Positions 18,487 to 39,422 of a stretch of 64,000 nt of DNA are shown here, one piece after another. A program made the translations under genes and the position numbers. Below the pieces are notes generated by a model that was given only the letters and a program-made list of their open reading frames with translations, made no database searches and was not told the origin of the DNA. Source of the stretch: the human T2T-CHM13v2.0 reference genome, Homo sapiens; NCBI RefSeq assembly GCF_009914755.1, contig NC_060926.1; one strand, 5' to 3'. How positions within the stretch are numbered: the first letter of the stretch is position 1; the number at the start of each line of letters is the position of its first letter.

Positions 18487-18783
18487 TTTCTTTCTTTTCT
18501 TTTTTTTGAGACAGGACCTCACTCTGTCACCCAGGCTGGAGTGCAGTGGCAATCATGGCTCACTGCAACCTTGAACTCTTGAGCTCAAGGGATCCTTCTG
18601 CCTTGGCCTTGTAGTAGCTGGGATTACAGGCTTGCACCACCACACCTGGCTTTTATTTTATTTTATTTTTGAGAATTAGGGGTCCCGCTGTATTGCTCAG
18701 GCTTATTTTGAACTTCAAGGCTCAAGTTATCCTCCCACCTTGGCCTCCCAAAGTGGTGGGATTACAGGTCATTGTGCTTGGCC
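18487..18783 (-). mobile_element. AluJ element
   Basis: Antisense dimer with J features (gagctcaagggatcc, ggctcaagttatcctcccacc); TSD-like ttaaaaggttt / ttaaaaagttt. Confidence 0.92.
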
Positions 18784-19178
18784 TTAAAAAGTTTTTTAGA
18801 GTGCTAGTTTCTTGTGGACTATAAAAAGTTGACTGTAGGTAGTTAAATGTATATTTGGTTTACCATATAGTTGAAGCTGTTTAATTCATAATGGAATTCT
18901 ATCATTCAAAAAAATTTGTAGCTATTGCTAAGAAGCCCAATAGATTTTATAATAAACCATCATGAAAGTTCTGTGTATATATGGAAGAAAGAATTATTTT
19001 CTCAGAACAGAGAGAAACTGCACTGAGATTCAAAGGCTGAGCAGCGTATTTGCCTCAGGTTCAGAGAGTTGTGGTAACATACATTTTTAATGTATGGTAT
19101 TTGTGTGAGGCCTCTAATTTTCCTCCATCTCTGATTACTAATTTCATCTGCCTATCCCATGGGTGCCTATGAAGGTTC

Positions 19179-19202
19179 GTGTGTGTGTGTGTGTGTGTGT
19201 GT
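19179..19202. repeat. (GT)12 microsatellite at the edge of an old L1M remnant (to ~19720)
   Basis: Direct reading. Confidence 0.9.
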
Positions 19203-20723
19203 ATAATGTATATAATATACATATATGATGAATGCATTATAAATAATATATCTGGATATATTATATATAATATTTTGTGTTTTGTGAAATATGCAGTGTT
19301 ATTTAGTGTGTATATTTTTAATTCCCTTAAATGCTGTTTTACTATGGATTTTATTGTTTCTCCTTTGTGTTTACCACTGTTTTAAACATTTCATCGTGTT
19401 TCTATATGCATATCTATTCAACTTACTGCTTTTGATTGCTGCATTAATATTTCATGGAATGCATTTTCCACATTACTTACCTGCTTCTCTAGTGATGCCT
19501 CCAGCTACTCTTACAAACAATGCTCCAGGGAATATATCAAATGTGTTCCCTTATGGAATTGTATATGAATTTCCTATGCAATATATACCCAGGAGTTGTA
19601 TAGTTGGGTCATAGAATTGGCATTACCTATGAAAGCTTACTACATGATTGCTCTGTGGAGTGGCTTACCAGTATGCATGTGGATTCCTTTTCTTCATGTT
19701 CTTGTTAACAACTTTCTGTGTTCTCAAATCTCATATTTAAGCCACTTTGCATTATCACACTGCTAAGAATTATCACATTGATTAATAACTTATTATATCA
19801 CAGGGTCACATTTTTATTCTGGCAACTAGAGCTGAGAAACTTACAATGGGGATATTGAGGGAAGATTGAAATTCTTGTTGAAGTTTAAAGTGTTGCATGA
19901 TAATGTTCAAGAAGGCTCACTGTCTAGAGGACACAGATTATACCTTGTTGACCCATCTAGAAACATGATCTTATCAGAGTCCTCAAGTTGATTACATTTA
20001 GATAGTCTGACTGCCCTCACCAGTTACCAAAGTTAATTAACAAGCCAATAAACTAATTCATGATGAAAAGTAAAACTGTAGATCCTTTTGGCCATTTCAG
20101 TTGTCCTTTTTTTTTTCTCTCTAGGAAATCACAATATTATCAGATGAAGGTAGCTTTGTGAGTTTTATATCAGGGCAAGAGGAAATATTGATCTGAAGAG
20201 TGAAGCATCTTTTATTAGAATTTTGATTATTGGAATTTTATCAGAAAAACTTTTATAAAAGTTATTAGATAGCTGAACTTTTACAGTTGTTAACCCAGAA
20301 TGAAAGTAGCCAAAATCATTTTTTCCTTTTCCTTATTTTCTAGTGAAAAATATTATGACTATTATGATTAGAAATAGCAATGTAGAAACCATGCATATAT
20401 ATCAGGATGTTTGCAGTTTATTACTAGTAGAGGAATAGTAGTGTGACAACCAGTCTGTAAACAGAGACTTCAAAGTGAAAATTTCCCATTTTAAGAATAA
20501 AGAAACTCTTTATGGTTTTTATAATAGTAAGGCTAAATCTAAATATTTCACCTAAAGATTGTATAATAACAGCCCTGAAAAATGCAAAATGCTGAATATG
20601 TACATCATGTACATATCATGGGAGAATACTGCCACCTTGTGCATATAGGATGCTATTTTATGCCTCCATTTTCTTTTGTTACACCAGCTAATACTTGCTT
20701 TTTCAGTTTGGTACTGTGGTTAG

Positions 20724-21109
<386 letters not shown>

Positions 21110-21416
21110 CGGTCTTGTTTTTTGAAAGATGTTAAATTTGGTATAGTTAGCTCTAAGAATTGGAATGTCTGAGATCATACTGGTTAATTGACCTCTGGGG
21201 TTAGTTGAGAATTGGATTCTTTTATTTGAATCTTATGGAAAGTTGATGATTCTTTAATCATTCTTCATTTTAGTGCTTGCAGTACTTTGGGGTTATTCTG
21301 AATGGCAGAATTCATTACACTATCGGAAGTATAGGGAATTTGGCTTCTGACACAAACATATCCCTTGATTTTTAAATGTTTTCCTTCAGCTGAAGTGCAG
21401 AAGAATTACTACAACA

Positions 21417-21754
21417 CAGGGTGAGCATCCTTAATTTGAAAATCTAAAATCCACAATGTTCCAACATTGGAAACTTTTTGAACACTGTCATGAGATAGTG
21501 ATTCCTTTGCTTCCTGATAGTTCAGTGTATGCAAACTCTGTTTCATGCACAAAACCATTAAAAATATTGTATAAAATTACCTTCAGGCTATGTGATAAGA
21601 TGTATATGAAACATAAATAAATTTTATGTTTAGACTTGGGTCCCATCCCCAAGAAATCTCATTGTGTATATGTAAATATTCCAGAATCTGAAAAATATCT
21701 GAAATCTGAAACACTTCTGGTCCCAAGCATTTTGGATAAAGGATACTCAGTCTA
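21417..21754 (+). mobile_element. Tigger4 (MER46/Zombi) non-autonomous DNA transposon
   Basis: Imperfect TIRs cagggtgagcatcctta / taaaggatactcagtcta; internal aaattaccttcaggctatgtg...gacttgggtcccatccccaag. Confidence 0.85.
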
Positions 21755-23869
21755 TAGTAACATGTAATAGTTTCTTGAAACAGTATTGATGTAAATCAAA
21801 AAATGAGTTCTTTCAAATATTCTGGTTATCTGACAGCCTGACTTAGATGGGTTTCAGATATTATTGCCTCTCTGAAGAGGAAGAATTATGAGACTGGAAG
21901 TCAGCCTTTGGATACTCACAACTAACTTAGCTGCGTGACCAGGGATGCTTCTCTGGGCAGTTTCTTTATCTGAAAAATGAGCAATTGAACTGGATGGGTT
22001 CTGAGGATCTTTTTAGTTTTCAAATTCTGTGACTATATAAAGTTTTACTCTAATTTTAAAATGTTATGCTGTAATACCGTTCAAAATACTTCTATGTATA
22101 AGAAGTTATTAAAAAATTTAATCATATAGTTATATTTAACTATCAGAGTATATACTAGTAATTTGGTGGGGATGGGGTTAGAATATGTGTACATAAAAGT
22201 TTAAAACTAGAAGCCTGGGAAATTTACCTGTTTTTTATTTAACACCTGGGGTACTTGAAGATATCAGAAGATTGGTTTGGGGGTAATCTAGATTTTAATT
22301 GTATGTGATTTATGCATAATCCTGTTTTGGGTATAAATGCATTCCAAATGCCTACATTCAACTTCTGAGAAGACTCCAAAAGTTGATATAAATATGGTAA
22401 AGTCCATTTCATAAGCCCAATTTTATGACTGGGATGAAAAGAGAGAAAAAGGTACCTACAGTTGAAAATTTGGAAGTTCTTTAGAATATTACCCAACTTG
22501 AAAATTTAAGGCCAAAGACTCTTCAGGATGTAAATCCCTTCATTTTATAGTGTATAACAGCAGATCTTTCCTGCTATCTTGATTCATTTCCTCATGAAGT
22601 GCTAAGAATGAACCCATGTGACCAAGTTTAGCTTTTTACTTTGGGGCCATCTGGGGATAAGTTTTTAAATTCTAGGGATAATTTTAAGGAAAATGATTTT
22701 CGTTGTTAAGCTACATAAACATGCCAGATTCAACCTCTGTACTGAAATGATTTCCTTGTGCCTTGCCTTGAGATTTTTGCATTTATTTTGTGTAATACCA
22801 AATTACTATTTTGTAGAGAACAGAATTATAATAAATGTTGAAATTCACTAATAAAATGCAATCACATAAAATCTATGCATATTATAAGCCATTAAAGATG
22901 TTAATGTATTAAAATATACATTTATCCTTCTGATTATTGAAATATAAGAAAATACTAAGTAAATTATACTTCATAAAAGTGAAGATAATTTAATCATGAA
23001 AAAAAGCAAAGTGGAAAATATCCTAATCTGTTTTTAGAATGTGAAAATCTTATGGTTCAATCCCAAGTTTTGGCACCAAAAAAAAAAAAAGTAAAATCTT
23101 AAGAAAATGTGTGTGTCACTGGTAACATTAGTCGTGATGTTTCTCCATAGAGATTTTTCCAAAAGCTCCGTTCCAAAATCTCTCTCTGCAATGAGGTAGG
23201 AATGTTATGGGATTAGAAAAAATATTTGGTGTTAGTTTATAACTAATCTACAAATCCAGTCTCTGGATTGATACTCTTCAGATATTTTGAAGTTTTTGTA
23301 GAGGGACTGTAGCTTTTATTAATAGCAAATCATAGTTGTAAACAGAGCATTCCTAGTTTCTTTGTCTTAATTTTATGTATAGATGGAGATTTCAGCTCAT
23401 AATTAATTACCTGTATCTGGCTTAGTTGTATTATGTTCATGTTCATTTGTTTGAAAAGCCTTTGAACTAGAACAAGAATTATGATTGTAATAAAAAAACT
23501 TGCTTGTCAGTTGTTATTTTCTTCTTTCTTGAGAATTACAGAGAATAAGAGAACACTTTCTAATGCGTGCATCTTTATTTTGAAATTTTAATGCAGCAAA
23601 TAACTTTCAAGATAGAAAAGGGTTTTTGTTAAGTTATTTGCACCATAAACTGCATAGTTAAATTTGTAGTAAGAAGACTCACCACCAATTTATTTCAGTA
23701 GCCAAGATCAAACTAGGGTACTATGCCAAAACATGTAATAAAAAGTGATGCAATACTTCAGCATGATTGCTTTTTATGTTTTGTACAGGTCCAGACCTAT
23801 CTATTCTTACATGATGTGCAAAATTGAATGATTCAACCATTGATTTTGATAAATAAGGATTTTTACAAC

Positions 23870-23962
23870 TATGAAATATTGGTGTTTTGCAAATTAAAAA
23901 TAGCATGTTATGAAATATTGGTATTTTGGAAATTAAAAATAGCATGTTATTTTGAAATATTG
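23870..23962. repeat. 39-bp tandem repeat, about 2.3 copies
   Basis: tatgaaatattggt(g/a)ttttg(c/g)aaattaaaaatagcatgt twice, then a partial tgaaatattg. Confidence 0.9.
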
Positions 23963-24451
23963 AAAGTGAGTATGGCCATTAACTGTTACAATATGTAGGT
24001 CAAGGTAGAGATTGGTAGCTATATGGAATTTGAAGAATTTAGAATGTAAACCCAGCACTGAGATTTTTAATCTACTTTATTGTGTCTACTACTAGTCAGT
24101 CTACTTGGTAAATTGGTCTTTTTTTAAAAATCGTAGCAGAAGGTTAATAATTATGATTTTTTTCTCATGTGTAAAACTTTGTTTCCTTAGTTTTAATTGC
24201 AAAGCTTTTTAGGTCATTCTACAGTGTAAACCCAATAACATGTACAAAATGAGACATTTATATTTTAAGCATATCTTCTTCCTTTTTGCAACTTTTTATT
24301 TCTTCCTTTGAATGCATTAAATTTATTGGTTGTAGCCCTCTGTGAAGCAGGTGCTGCTCATCAGAGTGATTCTATATTCAGAAATATTAGTATATGGACA
24401 TTTTAATGTGTGCTAATTTTATTTAACCTTATACAATATTTGTGGGCATAA

Positions 24452-24640
<189 letters not shown>

Positions 24641-27600
24641 TAACCCTGGTTTATTTCTTCTTTTGTTCCTCCTTTAATTCTTTCTTTCTATGAAAAATTT
24701 TAAACACACATGAAAATATAATGATTCCTCCTTGAGTTTAAACATTATCAACATTTTGCCATAACTGCTTTTTGTCTCCTGGTAATATTTCAAATTCTGA
24801 TGTTGTCATGTCACCTCTAAATATATGTATTTGTGTGTGTGTATATATATATATTATATGTCTTAAAAAATAAGGACCTAATATAACCAATTATATAATA
24901 TTATATATCCAAAATAGCAAAAAATTTTTATTTAGTTATCCAGTTCATATTCACATTCTCCAGTTGTCTCACAAACATCTTTTATAGGTAGTTTATTTGT
25001 GTCAGGATCCAAATAATGTCTATAAGCCACCCACCACCCAATTCCCATGCCATTCAGTTTTTTGAAAGTAGCTTCATATTTAAATCTGGTAATTTACAAG
25101 GAGTGTGGGTTATTATGAAAGGTGAATGATTTTAGGTCTGTGTGAATATAAATAGTATTTTAAAAAATTAGCTTCTGAGATAAATTAGGAAAGAAGTGAT
25201 AGGGAAAGATCAGTCATTTTTGTGATAGCTTTTCTATGTCTTAAATGTGGTTATTTGTTGATAAGAATTACAAAGCATATTTGTTCAATCATACCTCAGT
25301 AAAACTGGAAAAATATTAAAAAGAATTCTAAAGGATATTTGTGTTATTCCTGTTTGTTCTAGATATGGTCAGAATTGTAAAACGAGTTCTTTGTTGGTTT
25401 TAAGCAATACTGCCTTTGCCAAAGCTCTGTTTTTGGTTTGTCTGTTGAATTTTGATACATTTGAAAGGGCAGTGAGTACAAATATGTAATACTTAAATGC
25501 TGGAACCAAAAATAAAAAGAAACTGAGACTAAGTAAAAAATTGGATCAGATATATTATGAGTCTATTCCAGTATTGTACCCTGATTTAATATCTATTGGA
25601 CATTACTATACTTAAGTTAATGTTTTTAAAACATGTGCTATATCAGTATATTAAAATATCAGCAAAGTAAGTTTCATTCCTTTGGAGAAGTTATTTATTT
25701 CCTTTTCATTGCAATGTATTAATAATTTTTCTATTTTTCTGACATTAATATTTTGTACCTAAAATAAAACCTCAGGAATAGTAATTTGAAAGTAATTTTA
25801 ATGAAGTTCTGAAGATGTACATTTGACTTTTTTTTTAATTAGGAAAATAAATATTATCTGTGTTCTCATTCCCATCCTTAATTGTGACTGGGTAGCAAGC
25901 AATGGAGGCTTAGTTGAGAAATTGTGTAATTCAGGTAGAAGGGATTTCTGGTTAATATCAGATTTACCAGTGTTCTAAATGTGGAATCTTTTATGTTTTA
26001 TTTAAATAGAATAATGTCTAATACAGTAGAAACATCGATGTAGAGATCGGCTTTTCAAAATCTTCTGAAGGAGTAAAAATTAATCTTCTGAACTTAGAAA
26101 ACCAAATTTCTCTCTTCTCGGACACTGTCCTCATTTCTCCTTCTCTTTTTCTCTGTGTTTGGACCTTGAAGGTATACAGTATTTCTGTTTTATGGAACAG
26201 GGTAGATAGTCACTTGTATTTCAGCAAAGTCTTCTGTACAGTACTGTAGGCCATGTAATGCTTTATATGAGAAGGTGTGTGTGTATGTGTGTGTGTGTGA
26301 AATGAATGACTAGTCATAAAACATCACAGGTAATTATACCTTAGTGGGTCCCATGTTTTCAGGATCTCGTTCTTATTTTGGGTGTTCTGGCACTTGATTT
26401 GTCAGTTTCCTGGAAGAGATGAGGCTGTAGGGGTCTGACACACATGCCACACTTCTAAGAAACTGATTTAAAAAATTAGAACCTCAGTGTATTCATTTAT
26501 GGTTAGATTATTGCTTTTTCAGGGTATGGAATACTTGTTAGTGCCCTTTCTGATGTTAGGGTATCTAGAGAACAACATTTGCAACTTAGATATTCTTTGG
26601 AGAGCATACATTCAGAACAAAGGAGATTTGATGGTCTTGATAGAGATTTTTATACAGGCTGTAATAGAACCAGAGAATTTATCTGTTGGTTTTAATGGGT
26701 TACTACCACTCCTACCAGAATGCATTCCTTAAAGGCCTCATTTCTTTGCATTGTTGACTCCTAAGTCAGAGTCCAGTGGGGGAGAGGGAGAATAAGGGTT
26801 CATCTGACTGGAAGAGCCTGCAAGGGAGACCAGGAAAGTGAATATCTGGCAAATTTGCATTAGTGGAGGGTAGCTTTTGCCTTCCTTCAAGACTTACAAA
26901 AAGGATAATTCCCCAAACGTATAAATGGGATTTAGGTGCTCTGAGATTAAATATATACTAAACAAACAATAACTAAAATGAAATAACAAAACAAAATTCA
27001 ATTCCCATTTTGGTGGGAAGCACCAGTACCTTGTCACAGGATAATAAACTGGGTTGAATTGAATCATAACTTTCTCTATATCTAGTCTGTTTTCCTAAGA
27101 ATAATTGGTGAATGAGTAGGTTTCTCTGATTTTTATCAGAAAACATTTACAAACACTCTTAAGATAATAATATCTACTATTTATTGAGTATCTACTGAGT
27201 TACCTTACAATAACCCTATCAGATGGATAGAGTTACCTTCTTAAAAATAATGAGGATGAGGAAAGTTAAGTAGCTTACCTGAAGTCACCTGCATAGTGGT
27301 AAATTGGGATTAAAAACCAGGTGTTTTTTTAAACTTCATTCTTCTGCAGTTTCTATTATACTGTGCTTCTGAGTTATTTCTGTAGATAACTAAACTCATC
27401 CACTGTACTGATCTTGTTCTGTCTTCAAACCCTGGGAGCACTACACTCTGTATACCAGCACGGTAGAATTAGTCATATTATAAAAGGTTATCTTGTGTCA
27501 AAAATTCCTATTGTTACTGTGAAAGGCAAAGGGGAGAAGCGTAAGAAGATTGTGATATTCCTGAAAGAGAAAATGGAATTCATGACTACGAAGACTGAGT

Positions 27601-28220
27601 ACAAGAAAACACTGTTTGGCTGAACAGTATTAATTCACTCTTATTTATTAATAATATTAGATGGTAAGGACAATTTTTGAAATTTTTTGTAGAGACTTTC
27701 TATTCTGGCAGTGAGGTAGACAGAAATAATTCAGGCCCCTCGCCTTCTATAACCATACAGAAAAGTTGGATAAAATATTAGAAGAAAGAAATATAACAGA
27801 GCTGGAAAGAAAGAAAGGGAAATCCCAGGTGCCAGAAACTAATGTGATTATCAGTGAAAATTGATGAGGTGTGGGGTTTTCCTATTTCTGATCCAAAGAA
27901 CATTGAAAAGGTAGATTTTTATACGGAAATGTAGTTGATTGTCTATATTTTGCAGGAGGGCGACTTTGACATTTCAAGCCCAGGCATTACATTGTAAGCA
28001 ATTATTAGAAGCTATTATAGAATAACAGCTTTTCCCCTATGTTAGGAGAAGAGTCTGAAATTTTTTTCTGAGCAGTCTATCTTCTGAACAGATTTATAAT
28101 TTATCAGTTTATAAATCTCTAGATTTATCACTTACCACTCTTATTCCTTCTAAGTATGAGTGAATTTAGTCCTCCTGGGTTTAAGCAGCATAAGGCAATA
28201 CTCTGGAGCCAATTCTAGAG

Positions 28221-35089
<6,869 letters not shown>

Positions 35090-35330
35090 CTATAGATTTC
35101 TATAAACTAAAATTTTTGAAAAATGTCATTATTTTTGACTTTATGGGTATTATACATTAGTTTGGTACTTAGAAATCACAAGTTAGTATATAAATGAAAA
35201 ATTTGAGTTTGTTAGACTTTGTCTTTTTGATGGCATAATTTTTAATTGAAGCTTTATCTGATTATAAAAAGGCTGTTAAATTGCTTAGCAATTGTGGAAC
35301 TCACCCTGAGGCTAGATGATTGTATATACT

Positions 35331-36333
35331 TATCAGGGGAACCCACCCCCAGTATTTCAACATAGGTTCTATTTTCCCTAAGTGTCGGCTGGTCTGAGAA
35401 ATAAACAGAAAGAGTACAAAGAGAGGAATTTTACAGCTGGGCCGCCGGGGGTGATACCACATTATCGGTAGGTCCATAATGCCCCCTGAGCTACAAAACC
35501 AGCAAGTTTTTATTAGGGATTTCAAAAGGGGAGGGGGTGTACAAACAGGGAGTAGGTCACAAAGATCACATGCTTCAAAGGGCAATAAAGATCACAAGGC
35601 AAAGGGCAAAGTAAAGATCACAAGGCAAAGGGCAAAATTAGAATGACTGATGAGGGTCTGTGTTCGGCTGTGCACGTATTGTCTTGATAAACATCTTAAA
35701 CAACAGAAAACAGGGTTCGAGAGCAGAGAACCGGTCTGACCTCAAATTTACCAGAGCGGGATCTTTTCCCCACCCTAATAAGCCAGAGGGTAATGCAGGA
35801 GAACAGGGCGTAATTTCAGTCCTTATCTCAACTGCATGAGACAGACACTTCCAGAGCAGCTGTTTATAGACGTCCCCCCAGGAATGCATTCCCTCCCCAG
35901 GGTATTAATTATTAATATTCCTTGCTGGGAAAATAATTCAGCGATATCTCTCCTGCTTTCACGTCCTTTTATAGGCTCTCTGCAAGAAGAAAAATATGGC
36001 TCTATTGTGCCTGACCCCGCAGGCAGTCAGACCTTTGGTTGTGTTCCCTTGTTCCTTAAAATTGCTGTTATTCTGTTCGTTTTCAAGGTGCTCTGATTTC
36101 ATATTGTTCAAACACACATGTTTTACAGTCAATTTGTACAATAGTGGTCCTGAGGTGACCTACATTCTCAGCTTATGAAGGTAACAGGATTAAGAGATTA
36201 AAGGCAGGCATAAGAAATTATAAGAGTATTAATTTTGGGAACTGATAAATGACCATGAAATCTTCACAATTTGTGTTCCTCTGCCATGGCTCCAGCCGGT
36301 CCCTCTGTTCGGGGTCCCTGACTTCCCGCAACA
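35331..36333 (-). mobile_element. MER11 solo LTR (HERV-K HML-8 family)
   Basis: Minus strand starts TGTTGCGGGAAGTCAGGGACCCC and ends GGGTTCCCCTGATA; perfect 6-bp TSD tatact (35325-35330 / 36334-36339); 1003 bp. Confidence 0.93.
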
Positions 36334-36994
36334 TATACTAATATTTTTGCTGCTTCTTATGTGCTGCCCCAGAGTGAGAGTCACTTTGCTTTTAGTCATT
36401 GTCAGTCCTGATGTGCACTTCCCTCTTGGATAATTTTTGTCCACAGAATTTTTTCTTTCCATGTAGAATGATTTCATTGGCCTTGAAAACTTGTTCTGGT
36501 TCTGTATCTTCTATAATATAGTCTATTTCAGCCCTATGGGAAAGTGATAAATTGATCTCACCTTATATTTTACAACAAAAGCCATTTAATATTCTCAAAC
36601 TAATCTTCAGTCATGGAAAAGAAGAAGATCCATTCAGTAGTCACTGTGATTCAACAATTGGTATAAGTGCTTAACTTTCCCTTTATCACATCTCTGGTTA
36701 AAGTTTCATGTTCTCTGCCCATGTGTTCATCTCACAAATTAAATGTTGCTGTAGCTTTGACTAAGCTAGGTTGCAAGTTTCTTAAAAACAGGAGTCATAA
36801 TACCAATTCCATGTATTCTGCAATGCTAAGTACAGTCTTCTGAGTGTTAAATAAATATTGTGCATTCAGATATAGAGATATAAAGACTTTATTTTAGTGA
36901 TAGAAGGTAGTTTTAAATTTTATACATGATAGTAACACTAACTCTGTATCTGTAGTTTCAAGTATCTTGAAGGTGGTCACCTTTTTATTTTATG

Positions 36995-37372
36995 GGAATA
37001 CCTGAGACTGGGTAATTAATAAAGAATAGAGGTTTATTTGGCTCATGGTTCTGTAGGCTGTGCAAGAAACATGGCATCAGGGTCTGCTTCTGGTGAGGAC
37101 CTCAAGCTGCTTCCAGTCCTGCAGAAGGGGAAGGGGAGCTGGTATGTGCTGAGATCACATGGTGAAACTGAAAGCAAGAGAGAGATGGTAGGGAGGTGCC
37201 AGGCTCTTTTTAAACAACCAGCTCTTGAGGGAACTAACAACTCACTCACACTTCTCTCCCTTCCCCCAGGGCATTAATCTATTCATAAAGATATACGTCC
37301 ATGACCCAACCACCTCCCACTAGGGGATCAAATTTCAACATGAGGTCTGGAGGGTTTGGTGTCCAAACTACA
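36995..37372 (+). mobile_element. MST (MaLR) LTR, 5'-eroded
   Basis: aatacctgagactgggtaatt...gctcatggttctg...aaatttcaacatgag...tccaaactac. Confidence 0.85.
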
Positions 37373-37429
37373 GGACTCCTTTAAGAGAGTGAAAGGATAA
37401 ATCACAGAGTAAGAGAAAATGTCTAATAT

Positions 37430-38550
37430 GTGTATCTTTCATTTTATAAATATATAAAGATTTCTTACATGTAATTGAGAAAACAATAACCCAGGAGGAA
37501 AATGAGCAAAAGACTTGAACTGGCTTTCAAAATGGAGGATATCCAAATGGACAATAGTTATAGGAATAGATGCTCAATTTCATAAGTACTCAGTAAAATT
37601 CAAATTAAAATTGTAATGAGATGCCAATGGAATGTCTCAGATTCAATTATAGAATTTCTATTGTGTTCTTTTTTATAGTTTTTTATTTCTCTGCTAAGAT
37701 TTTTTTTCTAATATTCACCAGGAGTACATTTTCCATTTTGTCCATTGGCGTAGCAACAATAGCTGCTTTAAAACCCTTGTGTGCTACTTCCAGTATCTTG
37801 GGTCATTTTGGGGTCAGTCATCATTAATTGTCCTTTTTCTTGAATATGAGTCATACTTTCCAGTTTGTTCTTGTCTAGTAATATTGGAGTGTGTTTTGGA
37901 CATTGTACATGATATGATGTAGGAGCTGTGGATTCTGTTATATTCCTCTGAAGAGACCTTTAAAAGACTTTTTTTTTCTTAAATCAAGCAATTAACTTGA
38001 CTGATCTGAAACTCTAAATTCTGTCTCCCTGTGGTGAGCAGCTGAATTGCCTGTCCAGTTTTTTTTTAAGCTTAACTGGGCTGCCTAGAAGATTCCAGTA
38101 TGTATTCTATACATGCTATTCAGAGTCAGCCAGACATTTGGAGAGAGCTGATAGATTGGTTCCTCTCTTACTTGCTTCTTTCTGTGATTTCTCGGTATGC
38201 TTTCCAGATGCAGCATTCACCCCAAACACTGTGCTCTGGTTCCTTAAGCCAGGAAGACTGTAAATTTTCAGCATTTTTATTACCTTTTGAGGCACCAGCT
38301 GGGGCCTGCCATAAGGCTAAAACTTATGGAAAAAACAAAACCAAACTGGAAACTTATGAACTTATGTAGTATTTTTTCCTTTTTTCAAGTGTAGCACACC
38401 CTTCTCCCCTATTTTTGACTGCTTTTGGTCTGTCTATACTGCCTTTAGATAGCTGGGTTTTGTTTGTTTTGTTTTCGTTCAGAGTTTATAGTTACATGTG
38501 AAAGTGTTGGTTTGATAGTAGCTGCTTGACCATCACTGGAAGCAGAATTT
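37430..38550. mobile_element. Old L1M fragments in both orientations
   Basis: aaatgagcaaaagacttgaac...gatatccaaatgg...gatgctcaatttca (sense ORF2 3' part), then antisense L1M-like sequence from ~37640. Confidence 0.55.
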
Positions 38551-38569
38551 AAGCTTTAAATTTAAATGA

Positions 38570-38761
<192 letters not shown>

Positions 38762-39278
38762 TGATTTATCTTTGTAATTCATTATATTGGATTTACTGCA
38801 ACTGTCATGTTTTTTGTTATAAAGCCTATTAATTATATTGGCCTTGTTAGACTGTTAGCGGCAGTTATTCATTGTCACAGATATAGACCTTAGTCTCAGA
38901 ATTTATTTGAGATTTATCTGGCAAACTTTTTATCCTCTCTGAGCCTTGGTTATTTTTAGAATTGGGAGTAATAACTATTTGTTCTGCCTATCACAGGGTA
39001 GTAGTGAAGTGCAGATTATTTACTTCCTTAAAGAGTGCTTTGTTACAGAAATATAAGTTGCTATCATGTTTAGATTATTTAATAGACTGACTGTAATCTA
39101 GGATTAATAGAGAATAATTTAAAATAAAAATGTAAAATCACATTTAGTATTAGGATATTTAGAATATTTGAAGAATTATAAAAAGTAAAAATTTGATTAA
39201 GATATGAGTGATTGAGGATTTTAGTTTGTTCATGTAGTTTCACTTTTCTGAAAGTGGGATTAGGAAACTTTAAACTGT

Positions 39279-39281
<3 letters not shown>

Positions 39282-39316
<35 letters not shown>
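39282..39316. repeat. (TA)n microsatellite
   Basis: About 17 uninterrupted TA units. Confidence 0.95.
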
Positions 39317-39321
<5 letters not shown>

Positions 39322-39343
39322 AAACTAATGAAATATTTAGCGT

Positions 39344-39422
39344 TTCTTTTTATTATTTTTGTTGTGTTTTTATTATTGTTGCATTTCTTTTTATTATTTT
39401 TGATGTGTTTTTATTATTATTT
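39344..39422. repeat. ~41-bp AT-rich tandem duplication
   Basis: tttctttttattatttttg(t/a)tgtgtttttattatt repeated twice. Confidence 0.85.

Noticed and set aside
23870-23962. Spaced repeats as a CRISPR-like array
   Set aside because: Head-to-tail tandem duplication with no unique spacers; eukaryotic intron, no cas genes.
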